From the IMG/VR virus record IMGVR_UViG_3300045988_141072, positions 91,532-155,531 of that record: a DNA stretch of 64,000 nt; one strand, given 5' to 3'. The DNA comes from a virus. The notes below the pieces were generated by a model. It had not been told where the DNA came from, searched no databases, and saw nothing but the letters and a program-made list of their open reading frames with translations. Positions 27,648 to 36,817 of the stretch are shown here, one piece after another (the stretch's first letter is position 1; each line of letters starts with the position of its first letter). The position numbers and the translations under genes are program-made.

Positions 27648-28451
27648 TTATTTATTTCCTCCTTTAATTTCTCCAAACGAATCTACGTTATAGATTTCCA
27701 ACATCTTTGCAATAGCCCATTCAATTTCCTGTTCATATCCTTTTTTATTAAGTACATATATATTAGGTACATTTTGTGGAGGTTTCTTTGAATCAGGTTG
27801 AACACTACCAACTTCTTTTTTGATTAGAAGTGGTTTTTTGTCACCAATTGAAGAAGTTAGACACTGAATACATTGATTAATTGTATCTTTTGACATAGAA
27901 AGCTCTTTCGACATAGAATCTATACTTTTAAAAAATGCTTCTGGTTTAGATTCAGGGTTTGTCATAGTTTCATTACCATTTTTATCTCTTTGTCGCACAT
28001 AAATATATGAATTGATATATAGGAATGCCATTAAGATATTCTCTTTATTAATACTAGATTCATTCATCATAATAAAATCAAGTTGAGACGATGTGATTTT
28101 TGAAAACTTATCAACGGTATCAAAATTTTCAGGAATAATTTTAATTTCAATTCCAGTATCATATCCTATAGAATCAAGGTCTTGTTTTATTTCAATCATC
28201 TTATTATTAACCATATATTCTAATACATCGAGAATTTCGTGAAATGCTTTTGGTTTATGTTTGGTTGTTTTATAGCCATAGAATTCCATTACTTTACGAA
28301 TAGTAATCCAGCTATAGTCTTCATATGATCTGTATTTATCTATAAGTATGTATGTAATATAAAATTTCCTACTAACCCCATATTTTGTTTTGATGTTCCC
28401 TTGGATATAGCCATTTGGGAAACGTGTAAAATATTCTATTTTTTGTTGCAA
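27648..28451 (-). CDS. putative DNA-binding/replication-organiser-like protein
   Basis: 267 aa, TTG start with AAGGAGG RBS. First gene after an operator-bearing promoter region. Function is a guess from position and winged-helix-like N-terminus. Confidence 0.4.
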   Translation of the reverse strand: MQQKIEYFTRFPNGYIQGNIKTKYGVSRKFYITYILIDKYRSYEDYSWITIRKVMEFYGYKTTKHKPKAFHEILDVLEYMVNNKMIEIKQDLDSIGYDTGIEIKIIPENFDTVDKFSKITSSQLDFIMMNESSINKENILMAFLYINSYIYVRQRDKNGNETMTNPESKPEAFFKSIDSMSKELSMSKDTINQCIQCLTSSIGDKKPLLIKKEVGSVQPDSKKPPQNVPNIYVLNKKGYEQEIEWAIAKMLEIYNVDSFGEIKGGNK

Positions 28452-28534
28452 TTAAAAATCCTCCTTTATAGACATTTATTTATTCTCTGTTGTGGATTAA
28501 ATAATAGAAGTGTCTTGACGAGCGTTCAGCAAAT

Positions 28535-28592
28535 TACACTTTTATGTATGTTTAATTTTGAAATATGAGAATTTTGACTACACTTTTATGTA
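28535..28592. repeat. two copies of the 14-nt near-palindrome TACACTTTTATGTA (operator candidates)
   Basis: Copies at 28535-28548 and 28579-28592, 44 nt centre to centre, in the intergenic region upstream of the 28451 gene. Confidence 0.5.
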
Positions 28593-28764
28593 GGTCAACT
28601 GAACTGAAAGAATATATACAACTTATTTAATAAGACAGACTATTCGTAATTTATTCACTACGTTCATAAATTACTCTTTTTAAATTTTGTTTAATTGTTA
28701 TTGGTTGATTCAATAAGTTGTTTTATTTTTCATTTATATTATTCTCCATCCATTTCATCAATAG

Positions 28765-29580
28765 TTATATATTTGCTGCTAATACATCAAATATATTTTC
28801 TCTTTTTTGATTTGGTTCTACCTGAAGATTAAATCTATTCATTAATGATAGAAGAGTACAATCAAACATATCTTTTATATCTTTATAATAATTAATAACA
28901 TCTATTGCATAAGGATTTGTTTCCAATCCAAATTCCTGTTTATACATTTGTACATAATCATTAACTTCAATGTCATATGTATCTTCTGTTTCTTGTATTA
29001 CTAAATGAATAATATCTGATAATTTTAATTCTTCATTAGAGTTACTATTTACGAAATCCATTAAAACTCTTAGTTTTTCAAATATTTTTGTTTTCCAACG
29101 TGAATATTTCTTCTCAGGAATTGCTTTCTTTGTAGATTCTTCTTTTAATATGTTTATATCTTGTTGCATTTGCAACAAAGTAGAAGTGAGAGTAGTCAAG
29201 TTATCTACTAATGGTTGCATATTTGGAGTTGTATTAAAGTTATTGTGTCTATAATTTTCCACAATATCCCATACCCAATCCATGAAGAGGTTAGCGTTTC
29301 TTTGTCGAGACCAACGGCATATTTCCATTATTCCTCGCTCTGTATAAAGCATTGTGTTATAACATTTTCCGTCAGTAGCCCTCAGTTTGGTGGTAACTGA
29401 TAATTCATTTAGCCTATCTCTATGTTTAGAGTGAATATTATCAATTGCTTTCTGTGGATTAGCATATTCCAATGCTTGCCCAATTTGTTCTCTTGTAAGA
29501 AGTATGTCATCATTTGTATTTCTGTAGAAGTTACATGGTAAATTATTGAATGTTTCCGTTGTGATTAATTTTAAACTCAT
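28765..29580 (-). CDS. Bro-N / antirepressor-like protein
   Basis: N-terminal FNNLPCNFYRN..LLTREQIGQALEYANPQKAIDNIHSKH matches the Bro-N/ANT-type pattern as I remember it. 271 aa. Confidence 0.5.
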   Translation of the reverse strand: MSLKLITTETFNNLPCNFYRNTNDDILLTREQIGQALEYANPQKAIDNIHSKHRDRLNELSVTTKLRATDGKCYNTMLYTERGIMEICRWSRQRNANLFMDWVWDIVENYRHNNFNTTPNMQPLVDNLTTLTSTLLQMQQDINILKEESTKKAIPEKKYSRWKTKIFEKLRVLMDFVNSNSNEELKLSDIIHLVIQETEDTYDIEVNDYVQMYKQEFGLETNPYAIDVINYYKDIKDMFDCTLLSLMNRFNLQVEPNQKRENIFDVLAANI

Positions 29581-29712
29581 AAGATTTTCTCCTTTTGTTT
29601 TACATAGTTTTATTCTTATATTTATATATTTTGTTAATATTTTTTGACAAAGAAAAAGACAGACTGAATTATCAACCTGTCTTTCTATCTTACTTAAACT
29701 TATTTGTTTTTA

Positions 29713-30561
29713 TCACTCTGTTTCAATTATATTTTCAGCTATTAACCAATTGGATTCTGGTTTTGCTATTAACCTTGCATCCATATATGCCATTTCCATT
29801 GATAAACAAGTAGTTGCTTGATAATATCCATTTTTCATTAAATTTAAAACTAATGCGATACTAGGATTTTTATTTTTACCAAAATATAATGGAATAAGAA
29901 GCTGTATTTTATTTTGATAATAATGTGGAACAGCTAATTTATAATTTGCAGTTACTTTCTGAATTGCTTTGGTTATAACTCCACTTAATGTCTCTAATGG
30001 AGTGTCACTATTTTTAATTGAATCTGGTAAACGCTGAGATGTATTTAAATCATCAAGAATATGTTTATAATTAACATTTATTTTGTAATGCCAATTGAAT
30101 ACTAATCTATCAGGATTAGAAAAATAATCTGCCCTTTCAGGAAAATCACTTTCTATGTCCATGCTTCCTAATTCGTATTCATCTTTAAATCCTTTAAAGT
30201 ACCATCTAGCAGCATTTTCTGCTGTATTTTTATTTAGCTCACCATAAACATAAATAGGAACATAATAATGTGAAAATAATCCGGTATTAAATACACAATA
30301 TGTATCTGTTTCAATAACTTTTCCTTCATCCTGTAATTCATTAAACGTGTATTTTAAATAATTTTTTAATATTGAGTTGTCTTCTTTATCTTCAAAACTC
30401 CATTTTTCAGGTAAAGCCTTTTCAGCAAGTGCTTGTATTTGAGCATTATAATCTCCCCAATACATGTAATCGTAAATATCCATATAATTATTAACCTCCT
30501 TATCATTTATTCCAATACTATCATTTTTGTCCACATAAGTAAATGCTTCACTATAGTCCAT
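29713..30561 (-). CDS. DUF3825-like protein
   Basis: 282 aa with AAGGAGG RBS. WSF..ILKNYLKYTF..FNTGL..HIL pattern recalls DUF3825. First gene of the leftward arm. Confidence 0.4.
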   Translation of the reverse strand: MDYSEAFTYVDKNDSIGINDKEVNNYMDIYDYMYWGDYNAQIQALAEKALPEKWSFEDKEDNSILKNYLKYTFNELQDEGKVIETDTYCVFNTGLFSHYYVPIYVYGELNKNTAENAARWYFKGFKDEYELGSMDIESDFPERADYFSNPDRLVFNWHYKINVNYKHILDDLNTSQRLPDSIKNSDTPLETLSGVITKAIQKVTANYKLAVPHYYQNKIQLLIPLYFGKNKNPSIALVLNLMKNGYYQATTCLSMEMAYMDARLIAKPESNWLIAENIIETE

Positions 30562-30714
30562 TTAAAAGAACCTCCTTAAATTTATTTTGTTTATATAATT
30601 ATTCTCTTTTTTCTTTTATTTTTGATGTTGTATTACGCAAAGTGAATGGAATTGTACATAATATACAAAAATAAATCTAATTATAAAATATATTTGTGAA
30701 ACATACACAAAGAT

Positions 30715-31218
30715 AATTTGGTAGGAATATAATTGTGACGTAAAAAATGGTGCCTAATTTGTGATTTTAGAGATTAAGTGTTCACTTTATTGATTAAGAT
30801 ACAAAATTAAAATTTGGTGGTATTTTTTGCTTTGTGATAAGCGTGGTTAAATGAATGAGGATTTTTGGTGTTATTTTTACATAATTATGAGCCATAAAAT
30901 AGATTTTTTCTATATAAATAATGAATATATAGGGTATTTATTTGATGTTTCTGTATAGTTTTTGACAACCCCCCCTGTAGGGATAAGAATAACACAAAAA
31001 GTGTTATCGAAGAAGATACTTATAAATAAGGAAAAACTCGATTTTTGAACTGGATTTTGGAAATTTGGATTTTCAATTTCGGGGTTGTGAAGTGGTTAAA
31101 AGGGTTGATTTTTAAGGGATTTGACGATAAAGGGTACGATAAAGGATTTAAGATAGAAAATATCGAGTTTGGGCTTGAATTTAAAGGTTTGGTGGAGATA
31201 AATTTTTAAGTTGGTGTG
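30715..31218. repeat. cluster of short direct repeats (iteron-like) in the divergent control region
   Basis: TTGGTG-type boxes at 30715, 30745, 30821, 30861, 31187 and 31209. TGGATTTTNNAAATT tandem at 31051-31080. AAGGGNNN..GATA triple at 31124-31155. Confidence 0.45.
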
Positions 31219-31441
31219 TAGATGAACTTGCTATACACAATTACTGAAATAATAAGCACTTAAATGGTTTTTGCCACCCCCTATTTTTACCATATTGAAA
31301 ACTACAAAAAATAAGCATTTTTGGAAGTTTTGAGCCGAAACAATCTAAAATTTTTTTGTGCTATAGTGTTTGCAAGCTCAACGGCAAGTGGTTAAGTCGT
31401 TGAGTGAAAAAATATTAAATAATTTTAAGGAGGAATTAACC

Positions 31442-31864
31442 ATGAAAACATTATCGAATGCAGTAATCATTAATGGAGTATCTTACACAATCAACGCAAC
31501 AGAAGCAAAGAAAGTCGCTGAACTTTTAGGGCTTGAGACACCCAAGAGTAATCAGAAGGCTACACCAAAGGCTGAAAAATCTGAACCAAAGACCGAAAAA
31601 CTTAAAGAATCTACACGGCTTGTAGGCTCATTAGAGCAAGACGGTACTTTTGTTCGTACAGTCAAAGATGCATTTATCAGTTCAAAAGCACGATATGCTA
31701 TCAAGATGTCAGCGACTGAAATGGGTGCTACTAAACTCGGCAAGGGCAATAAAACTTACGATTTTTTGGCTAAAAACGACAAGTACGTTCAAGTATATCA
31801 GTTCAAGACAGTAGAAGATGCTACAAAGTTTATGGACAATCAGCAGAGTCGTATGGCTAAATAA
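31442..31864 (+). CDS. hypothetical protein (first gene of the rightward arm)
   Basis: 140 aa from the ATG with AAGGAGG RBS (the track start 31370 lacks an RBS). K/E/P-rich linker. Confidence 0.55.
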   Translation: MKTLSNAVIINGVSYTINATEAKKVAELLGLETPKSNQKATPKAEKSEPKTEKLKESTRLVGSLEQDGTFVRTVKDAFISSKARYAIKMSATEMGATKLGKGNKTYDFLAKNDKYVQVYQFKTVEDATKFMDNQQSRMAK

Positions 31865-31952
31865 CTCGACTAGGCGAGTATAAACCGTGTTAAGCCTAGT
31901 GCGTTACTCCCCTTAATGGGGAGTAGGTCACAGATTCTACATCTATCAATCT

Positions 31953-31982
31953 GCGATGGGTTCTCCATTCGCTCTATTTTTT
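31953..31982 (+). terminator. rho-independent terminator
   Basis: GCGATGG/CCATTCGC stem followed by TCTATTTTTT. Confidence 0.5.
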
Positions 31983-32000
31983 GACCTAAATTTTCGTCAA
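31981..32000 (+). repeat. hairpin motif copy 1: TTGACCTAAATTTTCGTCAA
   Basis: TTGAC-N10-GTCAA; 17/20 identical to the copy at 32263. Confidence 0.5.
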
Positions 32001-32262
32001 AAAATTAGCTCTAAAATCAACCCAATACATAACATTAAACAAAATAAAATCGTGATAAGCCGTAGAAGTACGTCAGACGTTCCCAAACGGTCTATTAAAA
32101 TTACCCAAAATTCAGATACGCAATATATAAGTCTGTATGTGTGTTTTAACAGATAAACCTACTCGTGCCGTCAACACATATACATAAAATATGACTGAGA
32201 AAGGTGGTGTGCGTGAATAAGTAGGAATAAATAGACTTTAGGTTGCTCTGCCAAGTATAGTA

Positions 32263-32282
32263 TTGACTTACATTTTCGTCAA
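32263..32282 (+). repeat. hairpin motif copy 2: TTGACTTACATTTTCGTCAA
   Basis: Same TTGAC-N10-GTCAA architecture, 282 nt downstream of copy 1. Confidence 0.5.
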
Positions 32283-33099
32283 ACACATACAAGAATGAGC
32301 GTCATACGTTGGATATAGTCGTATAGGGCTGACAAGGAAGTTACGAAGCTTCACCAAGGAACTAGGTCAGCGATTGTATAACTCTACAATCGGGAAAACT
32401 CGGTAAATTGAGCAAGAAGTGGTGTCAAGTGACGAGTACACTAAACATAATGTTTGGAAACATTATCACATAGTATCTTGGTACAAATATGTTGGAATGA
32501 TTGACACAATTCCACATCAAAATATCCATACGAGTAAACGACAACTCAGTAATTCGTTAGGAGAAGTCTGTTATTTGAGCATAATAATTTAACGCTTACG
32601 AGATATAGTGCAAGATAGTAGTTATTTTAATATTATTACAATCTAATAAAAAGTTTGTAATTAACGTTATTATAAATATTATTTTGTTCCCTGAAAGCAG
32701 AAGTATTGATTATTATATGAGAATTGAATTGATTACTTAGTTGTACGAGCGAGCGGATATTGGTAATACACAAGAGCCAATGGTAACATTGATACATTTA
32801 ACCAATGTATTTGCATTGAATACATCTGTCTGTATTCGTGTATGAGGTATGAGCAGTACAATCCCTGCCTGTAAAACCTATATTCCTATTAAGGATGACA
32901 GTATATTCTGTAATCAATCGAAATGTATGAGTGTATGTGGTTTGACACGCATATTTAACACATAAAGTCATTGATAAACTGTAATGTCTTGTAATCAGTT
33001 GTATAAAACAGTGGTTGAAATACCAAAGATATTCGTAACAGTTGGAGCGAATTAAAATAATAAACTGTTGACTGTATAAGGGTTAGTTACCGATTAAAT

Positions 33100-33171
33100 G
33101 GTGTTTAAAGGTGGAAATTATAGTAGCTAACAACTACATAGTTTTCGTGGGTTCAAATCCCACAAGCACTT
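33100..33171 (+). ncRNA. tRNA-like element (good acceptor and T arm, no canonical D arm)
   Basis: 72 nt. Acceptor GGTGTTT/AAGCACT (2 G-U pairs), T arm GTGGG-TTCAAAT-CCCAC, 4-bp stem GTAG/CTAC with loop CTAACAA. The 13-nt D region cannot form a stem; 8-nt variable region. Confidence 0.3.
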
Positions 33172-33319
33172 TAAAATACCTATGCAATCTATCTGAAATG
33201 TATGGGTGTGGCACAACAATTCTTGAAAAGCAAGTGAGTGTCAAACGGAGATAGTGACTTTTATGGTTCAAAATGTAAACCGTTATTTTTATACTCAAAA
33301 TTAAAGGAGGTAAAGGCAA

Positions 33320-33490
33320 ATGTATCAAAAAACATTCAAAAATGGACATACAATATCCACGTTTCCGTGCAACAACGGATATGCAACGGCACTATACGGA
33401 AAATACGGAAATCAGTTACAGCTACGATTCACTACAAGCGAAAAGGAAGCAAAGAAAAATCATAATAATCTAATAACATTGGTTTCATAA
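33320..33490 (+). CDS. small hypothetical protein
   Basis: 56 aa (not in the track); AAAGGAGG RBS 8 nt upstream. Confidence 0.45.
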   Translation: MYQKTFKNGHTISTFPCNNGYATALYGKYGNQLQLRFTTSEKEAKKNHNNLITLVS

Positions 33491-33505
33491 AAGGAGAATA
33501 TAACT

Positions 33506-33700
33506 ATGTCAGAATGGAAAAAGCAAATAAGAAAGATATGCAGGGATTTCTGCCTACCAAAAGAAACTTATAACAAAATTGTAAAAGAGACGGAGAAAAA
33601 CAAAAGAGAGATGCCACGATTTTACAACGGAGATAAAGACAAATATATGTATGATGTGGCATATTCTCAAACAAAATCATACATAATGAAAGCATATTAA
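33506..33700 (+). CDS. small hypothetical protein
   Basis: 64 aa with AAGGAG RBS. Confidence 0.5.
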   Translation: MSEWKKQIRKICRDFCLPKETYNKIVKETEKNKREMPRFYNGDKDKYMYDVAYSQTKSYIMKAY

Positions 33701-33713
33701 GGAGGAAAGGAAA

Positions 33714-34046
33714 ATGACAAGGAAAGAACGAAAAGAGCAACTACGCAACAGATACTGTGCGATAGCAAGTGGAATATTAATAGCAGGTTTTATAATTGGA
33801 GCTGTGTGTAACGACCAAAATAATACATATGCAATTCAATCGGAAGGCAAGACAGAGCATTATAAATATGTAACTGAATACAAAAATAATGCGACTTATA
33901 TTGGAGACTATAACTTTCTTGACAAAAACGGAAATACATGGAAGGCAACTGGTGAATACAAGAAAGGCAAAGAGTATACTCTTATAATGCACGACAACGG
34001 AACTAAAAATAATATAACAGATGATGTTATATTGGAAATCAGATAG
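33714..34046 (+). CDS. membrane-anchored hypothetical protein
   Basis: 110 aa with AAGGAGG RBS; one N-terminal TM helix (IASGILIAGFIIGAV). Confidence 0.5.
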   Translation: MTRKERKEQLRNRYCAIASGILIAGFIIGAVCNDQNNTYAIQSEGKTEHYKYVTEYKNNATYIGDYNFLDKNGNTWKATGEYKKGKEYTLIMHDNGTKNNITDDVILEIR

Positions 34047-34058
34047 GAGGCAATGTAA

Positions 34059-34310
34059 ATGAGATATGGAGATTTTTTTAATATTGCAAAATATGGAAAT
34101 GAAAATTGGAGAGGTGGCTATACTCAAAAGGAAGTTGCTTGTAATGCTTACAATTACCTCGTTGAGTTTGAATATTCAAAGACAAAATCCAAAGTAACGC
34201 ACCTCATATCATCTTTATTGGAATTGCTTGACGAAGACAGTGATGATGAGTGCAAATATTGGGCAAGTGAAATAAGAAAGGAGTTAAAATTATGTCAGGT
34301 AGAAATGTAA
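34059..34310 (+). CDS. hypothetical protein
   Basis: 83 aa with AGGAGG RBS. Confidence 0.5.
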   Translation: MRYGDFFNIAKYGNENWRGGYTQKEVACNAYNYLVEFEYSKTKSKVTHLISSLLELLDEDSDDECKYWASEIRKELKLCQVEM

Positions 34311-34429
34311 AACACCCTTGTATTAACTGCGTTTATTTTGAAACGTGTGGAGAAAAATCACGGACTGCACCTTGTAAAGGCAGACAGACAAAAATAGAAC
34401 AGAAAGAAAATAAGGCAACTGCAAAATAA
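34292..34429 (+). CDS. small Cys-rich protein
   Basis: 45 aa (not in the track); AAGGAG RBS; CINCVYFETC..C. Confidence 0.4.
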   Translation: MSGRNVKHPCINCVYFETCGEKSRTAPCKGRQTKIEQKENKATAK

Positions 34430-34446
34430 TGTAGTTGCTATTTTTA
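34415..34446 (+). terminator. rho-independent terminator
   Basis: GCAACT/AGTTGC stem followed by TATTTTT. Confidence 0.45.
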
Positions 34447-34477
34447 TATAAAAATTAATTTTAAGGAGGACACGAAT

Positions 34478-35410
34478 ATGTGTAAAAGAGTTTATTTAAC
34501 AGCGAAAGAAGCAGAAAAGGAAATGCAGGAAGCACGGAAATCAGACGGATTTACAGGAAAAATGGAAACAGATTACATTGCCCGAATGATTAAAGATGCC
34601 AAAAGAAACAGTATGGTTGGAGATAAGTTACAACTTGTAGTTAATCCAATATACATACATATACCAGAATGGCAGAGAAGATTAAAACTTGCAAAAGCAT
34701 ATACTATAGGCAACTCATACAACAAATATAAATGGGATGTGCCAAAAGTATTGTTTTATAAAGGTAAATTGTGGGTTATTGATGGTCAGCATAGAATTTA
34801 CGGTGCATTTAAGGCAAATATGGATTCTGTAGTTATTGAGATTATGGAATGTTCACTTGAAGAAGCAATTGACTTATTTATAAATCAGACAAAAGATAGG
34901 TCAGGAATGCAACCAATGGATATTTATAAGGCAGCAATTGCAGGACACAAGGCAGATTATATTGCATTGCAGGAAACTTGTCATAAACATAATGTGGCAG
35001 TAAAGGGAGACGAAGATATATCTAATGTGGTAGGAACTCTCACATCTATTTCAGATGGAATTAGCTTGATTAGAACAAATCCGGAACTGTTTAATTCAAT
35101 GCTTTCATTACTTGGAAAACTTGAGTGGAATGGATACGCTGATTCTTATAATGGAAAGGCATATACCGCTAAAATTATACGTGCTTTAAAAATGGTATAC
35201 GCATATTTTGATGGCAGAACAGAAGAAATGGAAGATGCATTATTGGAACATTGTAAAGGAACAGAGTTCTTTGTAGAAAATGTCATAGACAAAACACAGG
35301 CACAGATTTTTGATTATCTGTCTGGAATTGTACGTTATGAGATGGAAAGTCCTTTGACACAGAAAAAGAGAAACAAGAAAACGAAAACAACAAAGGTTTC
35401 TGCAATGTAG
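34478..35410 (+). CDS. DGQHR-motif ParB/Srx-fold protein (DndB-like)
   Basis: 310 aa with AAGGAGG RBS. KLWVIDGQHRIYG is the DGQHR signature of the DndB/ParB-like nuclease superfamily. Confidence 0.6.
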   Translation: MCKRVYLTAKEAEKEMQEARKSDGFTGKMETDYIARMIKDAKRNSMVGDKLQLVVNPIYIHIPEWQRRLKLAKAYTIGNSYNKYKWDVPKVLFYKGKLWVIDGQHRIYGAFKANMDSVVIEIMECSLEEAIDLFINQTKDRSGMQPMDIYKAAIAGHKADYIALQETCHKHNVAVKGDEDISNVVGTLTSISDGISLIRTNPELFNSMLSLLGKLEWNGYADSYNGKAYTAKIIRALKMVYAYFDGRTEEMEDALLEHCKGTEFFVENVIDKTQAQIFDYLSGIVRYEMESPLTQKKRNKKTKTTKVSAM

Positions 35411-35480
35411 ATAAGAGAATATATGTATATAAAACTGAGATAACGGCTATACGGTCATATTGAGAAAGGAAGTGAGATTT

Positions 35481-35687
35481 ATGTCAGGTAGATTACCGGG
35501 AATTCCAACACGGAAATTTGTAAATGCATTGGAAGAAAAAGGATTTAAAAAAGACAGGTGTAACAGTGGGCACGATATTTATGAGCGAACCATCACGGAA
35601 AGTGTATCAGTTCCTATTCATTCAAAAGAAATCAAGGGAGCTGTTGCAAGAAAAATATCAAAAAAATATGATTTAGGATTGTATTAA
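35481..35687 (+). CDS. hicA: HicA-family toxin (mRNA interferase)
   Basis: 68 aa. LPGIPTRKFVNALEKKGF..GHDIYE..PIHSKEIKGAVARKISK follows the HicA/YcfA pattern. Confidence 0.75.
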   Translation: MSGRLPGIPTRKFVNALEEKGFKKDRCNSGHDIYERTITESVSVPIHSKEIKGAVARKISKKYDLGLY

Positions 35688-35702
35688 AAGGAGGAAATCA
35701 GA

Positions 35703-36038
35703 ATGAAAATAAAACCTAATTTTCACACATATATAAAATTTACGATAAAAACGTATTACAGTATTGAAAATTATTTTACGGAAATCAACACAAGAGAAGA
35801 TATTATATTGCAAATTAATGACGCATTAATGGAAGATGCATTTTGTGATGAATACGATATTATAAATTGGAATATTGTGTCAGCGGATTATGTACAAAGC
35901 AGAGAAAAGGCGATTACAATTTACGAAAAAATGTTCGGTGTATCTCCTTATGAAGACTCGACACACGGAGAACACGTAACATTAGAGAATATTGTAGATA
36001 TGATTTATTATAATTTAAATGAAAAAACGGAGGTGTGA
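35703..36038 (+). CDS. hypothetical protein in the antitoxin position after hicA
   Basis: 111 aa with AAGGAGG RBS, 15 nt after hicA. The sequence does not look like canonical HicB. Confidence 0.45.
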   Translation: MKIKPNFHTYIKFTIKTYYSIENYFTEINTREDIILQINDALMEDAFCDEYDIINWNIVSADYVQSREKAITIYEKMFGVSPYEDSTHGEHVTLENIVDMIYYNLNEKTEV

Positions 36039-36039
36039 T

Positions 36040-36510
36040 ATGAAAGAAAATCATAGAGAAATATTAGTGGTATCAAACGCAAAAGGTAAAAAGTTCTCTC
36101 TTATTGAAACAGATAATAATTATATTGTTGCTTGTGGATACTCTGCTTTAGAAAGATGGGGTAGACAGTGGGAATATGGTGTGTATTATATGTTTTCAAA
36201 CGACAAAGAGAAGTTAGTTGCACTTAATAAAGCAACTGAAAAGCTATTTGAAAAGGTAAATGAGAATTATATTTCACGTTGCAGATTAGAAGAACTTGCG
36301 ACACTCTTTAAGGACGGACTTATCTCTGATGATAGAGAAAGTGCGTTAGAATACTTTGATGAGTGTTGTGAGATGTCAGAGGAAGAGAAAACTTTCTTTG
36401 GCATTGAAGAAGATAGTCCAATAGCAAATACAAAGTTTGAAAACCCAATGTACAACAAGGGTTATGACGATGGATTCTCTGATGGGGCAAACAGTGTAGA
36501 GGAGGATTAA
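36040..36510 (+). CDS. hypothetical protein
   Basis: 156 aa from the ATG with GGAGGTG RBS. Confidence 0.5.
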   Translation: MKENHREILVVSNAKGKKFSLIETDNNYIVACGYSALERWGRQWEYGVYYMFSNDKEKLVALNKATEKLFEKVNENYISRCRLEELATLFKDGLISDDRESALEYFDECCEMSEEEKTFFGIEEDSPIANTKFENPMYNKGYDDGFSDGANSVEED

Positions 36511-36511
36511 C

Positions 36512-36781
36512 ATGGAACGCAGAAAAGTGTTATTTACAGATGGGATGTCTGATGACTTCCTTTTAATCATAACAGATGCACCAAAGACAGCTATAGAAGA
36601 ATACTGTCAGTGGCATGTTGAGCAAATGGAAAATGGTTGGAAAAACTGCGAGACTTTCCAAACATTGAAAACAAAATACTGTGTCAAAGAGTTGCTTGAT
36701 AGCGAAATTGATGATAAGGAAGATTTGGAATTAATTGGCTATGATGAGTGCTATGATTTTAGCACTTATCATGCAGAGTAA
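36512..36781 (+). CDS. hypothetical acidic protein
   Basis: 89 aa with GAGGAGG RBS. Confidence 0.5.
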   Translation: MERRKVLFTDGMSDDFLLIITDAPKTAIEEYCQWHVEQMENGWKNCETFQTLKTKYCVKELLDSEIDDKEDLELIGYDECYDFSTYHAE

Positions 36782-36817
36782 ATGGATATTTCATTAGAAG
36801 AAAGGTAGGTAAATAAA

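Noticed and set aside
33100-33171. tmRNA interpretation of the acceptor/T-arm-only element
   Set aside because: There is no G3:U70 alanine identity pair. The 5' acceptor strand is adjacent rather than about 300 nt away. No tag-peptide reading frame or pseudoknot series is evident.
31956-33465. Track ORFs 31956-32156 (+), 33134-33349 (-) and 33238-33465 (+) in the third non-coding island
   Set aside because: They have no RBS. The first begins inside a terminator. The second is the reverse translation of the tRNA-like T arm. The third is out of frame with, and overlaps, the RBS-supported 33320-33490 ORF.
35703-36038. Calling the gene after hicA as hicB
   Set aside because: The sequence lacks the HicB-like N-terminal fold pattern and the C-terminal HTH/RHH. 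I kept it as a hypothetical protein, an antitoxin candidate by position only.
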